The notes beneath the pieces were generated by a model, which saw only the letters and a program-made list of their open reading frames with translations, searched no databases and was not told where the DNA came from. From assembly GCA_046484865.1 (NCBI GenBank), contig JAWOID010000022.1:1-29229 (forward strand): a stretch of DNA of 29,229 bases. Direction: 5' to 3'. The stretch is from Candidatus Krumholzibacteriia bacterium (lineage in GTDB: Bacteria > Krumholzibacteriota > Krumholzibacteriia > LZORAL124-64-63). The number at the start of each line of letters is the position of its first letter. The stretch's first letter is position 1. Position numbers and translations under genes: made by a program. Positions 24,852 through 29,229 of the stretch are shown here, one piece after another.

Positions 24852-25178
24852 ATGGATCGAAGCGGCAGGCTCCTCGTCTGCACCACCACCCTGCCGCAGC
24901 GCGCCGCGGCCGAGCACATCGCCGAGGCGCTGGTGCGCGAAGACCTGGCAGCCTGCGCGCAGGTGGGAGCCGACCTCGTCTCGTTCTACCGCTGGGAGGG
25001 CGAGGTCCAGCGTGACCAGGAAGTCCAGCTCACCCTGAAGGTCGCGACCGACCGCTGGGAAGCGTGCGCCCGGCGTCTGGTCGAGCTGCACCCTCACGAT
25101 GTGCCCCAGGTCGTCGCCTGGTGGGCCGATCGCGTGGAGCGACGTTATCTGCTCTGGGCCGAGGGCGGTGAAGCGTGA
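24852..25178 (+). CDS. cutA: Divalent-cation tolerance protein CutA
   Basis: TTTLP..AAAEHIAEALVREDLAACAQ...SFYRWEG...E..L.LK...LHPHDVP. RBS GAGGAG. Confidence 0.93.
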   Translation: MDRSGRLLVCTTTLPQRAAAEHIAEALVREDLAACAQVGADLVSFYRWEGEVQRDQEVQLTLKVATDRWEACARRLVELHPHDVPQVVAWWADRVERRYLLWAEGGEA

Positions 25179-27268
25179 CGTTCGCGGCGCGGCGCAGGCC
25201 CTGGTTCGCGACCCTCTCGACGGCCATGGCGGCGCTGCTCGGCGTCGCGGTCGTGATGGCCGTCTGCGGAGCGGCCGCGGCGGAAGCGCCGGCGTGGTCG
25301 GTGTCGGCGCCGCCGCTGGTGCTGCGCGGCGTGCCGTTCACCGTCACGGTCACCGCGGCGGACACGGTCAGCCTGCGTCTGGTGGACACCGGTAGCCCCG
25401 CAGCCGAACCCGCCTGGCGCACGACCAGACTCGGCGTGGAGCCGGACGGACCCGGCCGTGATCGGCCGGGCGAATCGCCTGGCGCGACGAGGACGACGAG
25501 GACCGGCGAGCCGCTCCGACCGTTGACGGCAGGACCGGGCGAGACGGAGGTCGCGGGCATCACGGTCCTGCGCGCCGGCGTACCCCTCGCGTTCACCGAC
25601 GGCGTGCACACCGTGGAGGTGGCCCCGAGGGTGGTGCCCGGCTGGCTGTCGATCCTGCCGCCGCTGCTCGCCATCGTCCTGGCTCTGGTCTGGCGGCAGG
25701 TCCTGGTGGCGTTGCTGCTGGGAGTCTGGCTGGGCGCCACCATCCTCACCGGATTCAACCCGCTCACCGCCTTTCTGCGGGTGGGAGACCAGTTCCTGGT
25801 GATGGCCCTGGCCGATGCCTCGCACGCGTCCATCGTCCTGTTCTCGACGACGCTCGGCGGAATGGTAGGCATCCTCGCGCGGGCGGGCGCCACCGAGGGC
25901 GTGGTGCGCGCGCTGGCCGGCCGCGTGGGCGGGCGGCGCGGCGGACAGGTGACCACCGCCGCCATGGGAACCGCCATCTTCTTCGACGACTACGCGAACA
26001 CGCTGCTCGTGGGTTCCACGATGCGGCCGCTCACCGACAGCCTGCGCATCTCCCGCGAGAAGCTCGCGTACCTCGTGGACAGCACGGCGGCGCCCATCGC
26101 CACCCTCGCCGTGATCTCGACCTGGGTAGGGTTCGAGGTGGGGCTCATCCAGGAGGCCATGGCGGACCTCGGCCGCGAGGACGGCTCGGCGTACACGTTC
26201 TTTCTGCGCAGCCTGCCGTACGGATATTACCCGTGGCTGACCCTGGTGATGGTCTACGTCGTGGCCGGCACCGGTCGCGACTGGGGACCCATGCTCGCCG
26301 CCGAACGCCGGGCGAGCGAGACCGGACTCCTTCTGCGCCCGGGCGCGAGGCCGGCCAGCGAATCGCTCGGCGAGCCTGAACCGGCGGTGGACAGGTCCGC
26401 GGACGGCGGTGCCGCCGGCACGCAGGCCGCCGGCCGACCGCGGCCGCGCGGACCGGCGCACCCGGCGCTGGCGCTCGTACCGATCGGACTGGTGATCCTC
26501 ACCACCGCCGGCGGGCTCGTCTACAGCGGCCTGGTGGGGGCGCGGGCCGCGGGCGTGCCCGACGCAGGGCTGCGCGAACTGCTCAACCATGCGGACAGCT
26601 TCGCCGTGCTGATGTGGGCGGCCCTGGCGGGAGCCCTGGTGGCGGGTGTCCTCGCCGTGGCGGCGCGCCGGCTCACGCTGCGCGGTGCCGTCGACGGATG
26701 GCTGGACGGTGCCCGCGCGATGCTCATCGCCGTCACGATCCTGCTGCTCGCTTGGGCGCTGAGCGCGGTGTGTTCGGAACTGCACACCGCCGACTACCTG
26801 GTGGACGTGACCCGCGGGCTGCTGTCGGCGAGGCTGCTGCCGGCGGTGGTCTTCCTGCTGGCAGCCGCGGTGAGCTTCGCCACCGGCACGAGCTGGGGGA
26901 CCATGGCCATCCTCATGCCCCTGGTGTACCCGCTGGGAGCGCTGCTGCCGGGCAGCGAAGGAATCGCCGAGGCGACGGCCGTGCGCATCCATCTCGCGTC
27001 CGTCAGCGCGGTGCTCGCCGGGGCGGTCTTCGGCGACCACTGCTCGCCCATCTCGGACACCACCATCATGTCGTCGCTGGCTTCCGGATCCGATCACGTG
27101 GACCATGTGAGGACACAGCTGCCCTATGCCGCCACGGTGGCGGCGGTGGCCGTGGTCACCGGCTACGTGCCCGTCGGCTACGGTGTCTCACCGTTGATCT
27201 CGCTGCCGCTGGGGGTGGTGTTCGTGATCGCCATCGCGCTGCTGGCGGGTCGTCGCCCCGCGCGGTGA
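25175..27268 (+). CDS. Na+/H+ antiporter NhaC family transporter with N-terminal extracytoplasmic extension
   Basis: WLSILPPLLAIVLA, IFFDDYAN, ISREKLAYLVDSTAAP...STW, SFATGTSWGTMAIL, GAVFGDHCSPISDTTIMSS, HVRTQLPYA. The GTG start overlaps the cutA stop (GTGA). Confidence 0.92.
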   Translation: MTFAARRRPWFATLSTAMAALLGVAVVMAVCGAAAAEAPAWSVSAPPLVLRGVPFTVTVTAADTVSLRLVDTGSPAAEPAWRTTRLGVEPDGPGRDRPGESPGATRTTRTGEPLRPLTAGPGETEVAGITVLRAGVPLAFTDGVHTVEVAPRVVPGWLSILPPLLAIVLALVWRQVLVALLLGVWLGATILTGFNPLTAFLRVGDQFLVMALADASHASIVLFSTTLGGMVGILARAGATEGVVRALAGRVGGRRGGQVTTAAMGTAIFFDDYANTLLVGSTMRPLTDSLRISREKLAYLVDSTAAPIATLAVISTWVGFEVGLIQEAMADLGREDGSAYTFFLRSLPYGYYPWLTLVMVYVVAGTGRDWGPMLAAERRASETGLLLRPGARPASESLGEPEPAVDRSADGGAAGTQAAGRPRPRGPAHPALALVPIGLVILTTAGGLVYSGLVGARAAGVPDAGLRELLNHADSFAVLMWAALAGALVAGVLAVAARRLTLRGAVDGWLDGARAMLIAVTILLLAWALSAVCSELHTADYLVDVTRGLLSARLLPAVVFLLAAAVSFATGTSWGTMAILMPLVYPLGALLPGSEGIAEATAVRIHLASVSAVLAGAVFGDHCSPISDTTIMSSLASGSDHVDHVRTQLPYAATVAAVAVVTGYVPVGYGVSPLISLPLGVVFVIAIALLAGRRPAR

Positions 27269-27280
27269 GAGGAGGCGCGC

Positions 27281-28099
27281 ATGGACCGCACGGTGACGTT
27301 GCTGACGGATTTCGGCCACTCGGATCCCTACCTGGCGGAGACCCGAGCCGCCCTGCTGCGGCAATGGACTCGCTACCCCGAGCAGGAGGCGTGGCCGCGC
27401 ATCGTGGACATCGCCCACGATTTGGCGCCCGGCGACGTGGACGGAGCACGCTGGCTGCTGGCCCGCACCGCCCCGCAATTCCCGGAAGGTACGGTCCACG
27501 TGGCGGTCGTCGATCCCGGTGTCGGCACCAGCCGTCCGGCGGTGGCCGTGCAGGCGTTCGGTCACTTCTTCGTCGCTCCCGGCAACGGGCTGCTGACCTT
27601 CCTGGCGGGCCGCGCCGACGTGGTCGTGGTGCGACTCGACAATCCGCTCTACCATGCCGCTCCGCCCGGCTTGCCCCTGTCTACCACCTTCCACGGACGC
27701 GACGTCTTCGCTCCGGCTGCCGCCCACCTCGCGATGGGGGTCCCGCTGGAGCAGGTCGGCACCCGCGGCGACCCGAACGACCTGGGCGAGGTGCAGCCGG
27801 TGGTCACGCCGACGCCGGAGTATCTCGGCCGCATCGTGTGGATCGACCGCTTCGGCAACGCGCTCACGGACCTGCCGCGCTCGAGCAACGTGGGCGTGGA
27901 ACTGTCGGGAGGGGGCGTGGTCGAGGTGGGCGGACACCGTGTCCGTGGGCCGGTCACCGCCTATGCCGAGGGCGGTACGGACGAACCGTTCTGGTACTGG
28001 GGCAGCGGTGCCACGCTGGAGATCGCGCTGCGGTCGCGCAGCGCCGCTGCGGTGCTTGGGTTGCGTCGGGGACTGGTCATCCGACAAGCGACGCCGTAA
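27281..28099 (+). CDS. SAM hydrolase / SAM hydroxide adenosyltransferase (DUF62; SAM-dependent halogenase superfamily)
   Basis: TLLTDFG..DPY, VHVAVVDPGVGTSR, STTFHGRDVFAPAAAHL, WIDRFGN, LEIA. RBS GAGGAGG. Confidence 0.92.
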   Translation: MDRTVTLLTDFGHSDPYLAETRAALLRQWTRYPEQEAWPRIVDIAHDLAPGDVDGARWLLARTAPQFPEGTVHVAVVDPGVGTSRPAVAVQAFGHFFVAPGNGLLTFLAGRADVVVVRLDNPLYHAAPPGLPLSTTFHGRDVFAPAAAHLAMGVPLEQVGTRGDPNDLGEVQPVVTPTPEYLGRIVWIDRFGNALTDLPRSSNVGVELSGGGVVEVGGHRVRGPVTAYAEGGTDEPFWYWGSGATLEIALRSRSAAAVLGLRRGLVIRQATP

Positions 28100-28158
28100 C
28101 TTCATGGCTGGAAAGCGTTCCGCGACATGACCGAACCACATCCTCGAGAGGACCACGC

Positions 28159-28908
28159 GTGCGAAATTCGCCCCGACGCACCGCCCGGCTGCTGGGGGTG
28201 CTGTTGCCCGCACTCACGCTCGCGGTCGGGTGCGGCGGAGATCGGGTGGCTTTCCGCTACCCCGGCGAGCAGATCGATTTCTCGCTGCAGACCACGGCCA
28301 CACCCCGGCTCTTCATCGACACCGTGAACGACCTGCGTGGCGAAGACCAGCGCCGCGGCGGCGGACATTTCTTCGGTGTCGATTATCCGGGCGACGACGA
28401 GTGGGGCGCGCCCGTCGTGCAGATCTACCGGGATGCGCTGGTGCAGGATCTGACCCAGACGAACCTGATCGAGCTGGTTCCACTGATGCGCCAGGCCGAC
28501 TACGTGATGTCGGTGGAGATCCTGGAGTTCGGCGGCAGGGTGGACCGCGGCCCGATGAACTTCCTGCTGCCGCTCGTGGCGGGCCTGGGCGCGGGTCTGG
28601 TCGTGGGCGACGACACATCGTCGGGGCTCAAGATCGGAGCGGTGCTCGGCTTCGGTGCCGTGGCCGCGGTTCCCACGCCCACCAAGCACCGCGCCGCCTG
28701 CGAGGTGAGGATGATCCTGCGCAACGCAGCCGGCGAGACGATCTGGTCCCGCGCCTGCCTCGGCGAGGTCTCCGACGGCATCTGGATCACCGCCACCAGT
28801 CGCGACGTCCAGGACCTCGTGGACAAGTACCTCACCGTCGCTGTCAAGCGCTGCAATGCCTGTCTCCTCGGCCAACTCCGGCAGGCCCTGCTGACGGACG
28901 CCGGCTGA
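28159..28908 (+). CDS. Hypothetical lipoprotein (249 aa)
   Basis: RBS GAGAGGA precedes GTG 28159. Basic n-region, hydrophobic h-region and lipobox LAVG-C (Cys25 at 28231). Strong GC3 codon bias. This is the 3' part of track ORF 26614..28908. Confidence 0.8.
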   Translation: MRNSPRRTARLLGVLLPALTLAVGCGGDRVAFRYPGEQIDFSLQTTATPRLFIDTVNDLRGEDQRRGGGHFFGVDYPGDDEWGAPVVQIYRDALVQDLTQTNLIELVPLMRQADYVMSVEILEFGGRVDRGPMNFLLPLVAGLGAGLVVGDDTSSGLKIGAVLGFGAVAAVPTPTKHRAACEVRMILRNAAGETIWSRACLGEVSDGIWITATSRDVQDLVDKYLTVAVKRCNACLLGQLRQALLTDAG

Positions 28909-29146
28909 AGCCCGTCGGCCGGCCGTCAGCATGCACCCCGGTACCCGGTGGCATGGCGCGGCCCAAACCGGAGCCCGGTGGCGCGGCGTGGACCTGGGGC
29001 CTTGCGCGGTGCGCGCATGGGGTCCGGTGGCGTGGCGTCGACCCGGGTACCGGGTCCCCGGGATCTCTTCGGTGGCGGACGCTCCGCAACCGAGCACCCG
29101 GGGGTCATCGGAGTACCCGGGGATCAGCACCGCTTTGGTCGCTTGG

Positions 29147-29211
29147 CCGGGGCGGGCGTCTGGCCGCCTGACCGCCTGACCGCCTGGCCGCCTGACCGGG
29201 GCGGGCGTCTG
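29147..29211. repeat. Four tandem 8-mers flanked by 16-bp direct repeats
   Basis: ccggggcgggcgtctg at 29147-29162 and 29196-29211; (a/g)ccgcctg x4 at 29163-29194. Confidence 0.9.
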
Positions 29212-29229
29212 CAGCCTGCCGCAGCCTTG

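Noticed and set aside
27281..28099. Possible fluorinase/chlorinase (halogenase)
   Set aside because: It keeps the Asp-Arg-His set (VVD, GVGTSR, TFHGRD) of DUF62 SAM hydrolases, whereas halogenases FlA/SalL lack this His. There is no biosynthetic cluster context.
26614..28158. N-terminal 515 aa of track ORF 26614..28908
   Set aside because: It overlaps the NhaC-family and SAM hydrolase genes out of frame. Only the part from GTG 28159 has an RBS, a lipoprotein signal and protein-like composition.
29092..29211. CRISPR array
   Set aside because: Repeats are 8-16 bp, with at most two long copies and no unique 30-40-bp spacers; no cas genes.

Overview
A 29.2-kb, very GC-rich bacterial chromosomal window with about 22 protein-coding genes. 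I saw no rRNA, tRNA, CRISPR array or transposase. PNPFNP/FlgD-type C-terminal domains and a 'WGxxKxxYR' C-terminal tail suggest an FCB-group candidate phylum (Krumholzibacteriota/Latescibacterota/Eisenbacteria-like); this is inference only. Bases 1-7725 hold four co-oriented genes for secreted proteins. They are a 5'-partial FlgD-CTD protein, a 1441-aa multidomain protein (alpha/alpha barrel, beta-helix, cohesin-like, FN3, dockerin-like, cohesin-like, FlgD-CTD) and two small cohesin-like proteins. One of the small genes is broken by a 34-bp fold-back/template-switch insertion. This cluster is the best candidate for an undescribed system: a non-cellulosomal cohesin-dockerin surface complex. The rest is signalling and housekeeping: a Cache/PAS hybrid kinase with an Asp-less receiver, Na/Pi cotransporter + PhoU-like gene, thioesterase, pRiA4b ORF3-like gene, a translationally coupled atypical protein kinase + HDOD pair, an orphan PAS HisKA_3 kinase, an EamA transporter, glutaryl-CoA dehydrogenase, a membrane sulfatase-like protein + GT-C-like membrane protein, a NifU-domain protein, and a suhB-cutA-NhaC-family-SAM hydrolase-lipoprotein run. 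The window ends in a repeat-rich non-coding tail. All domain calls come from motif recognition by eye; no searches were run.
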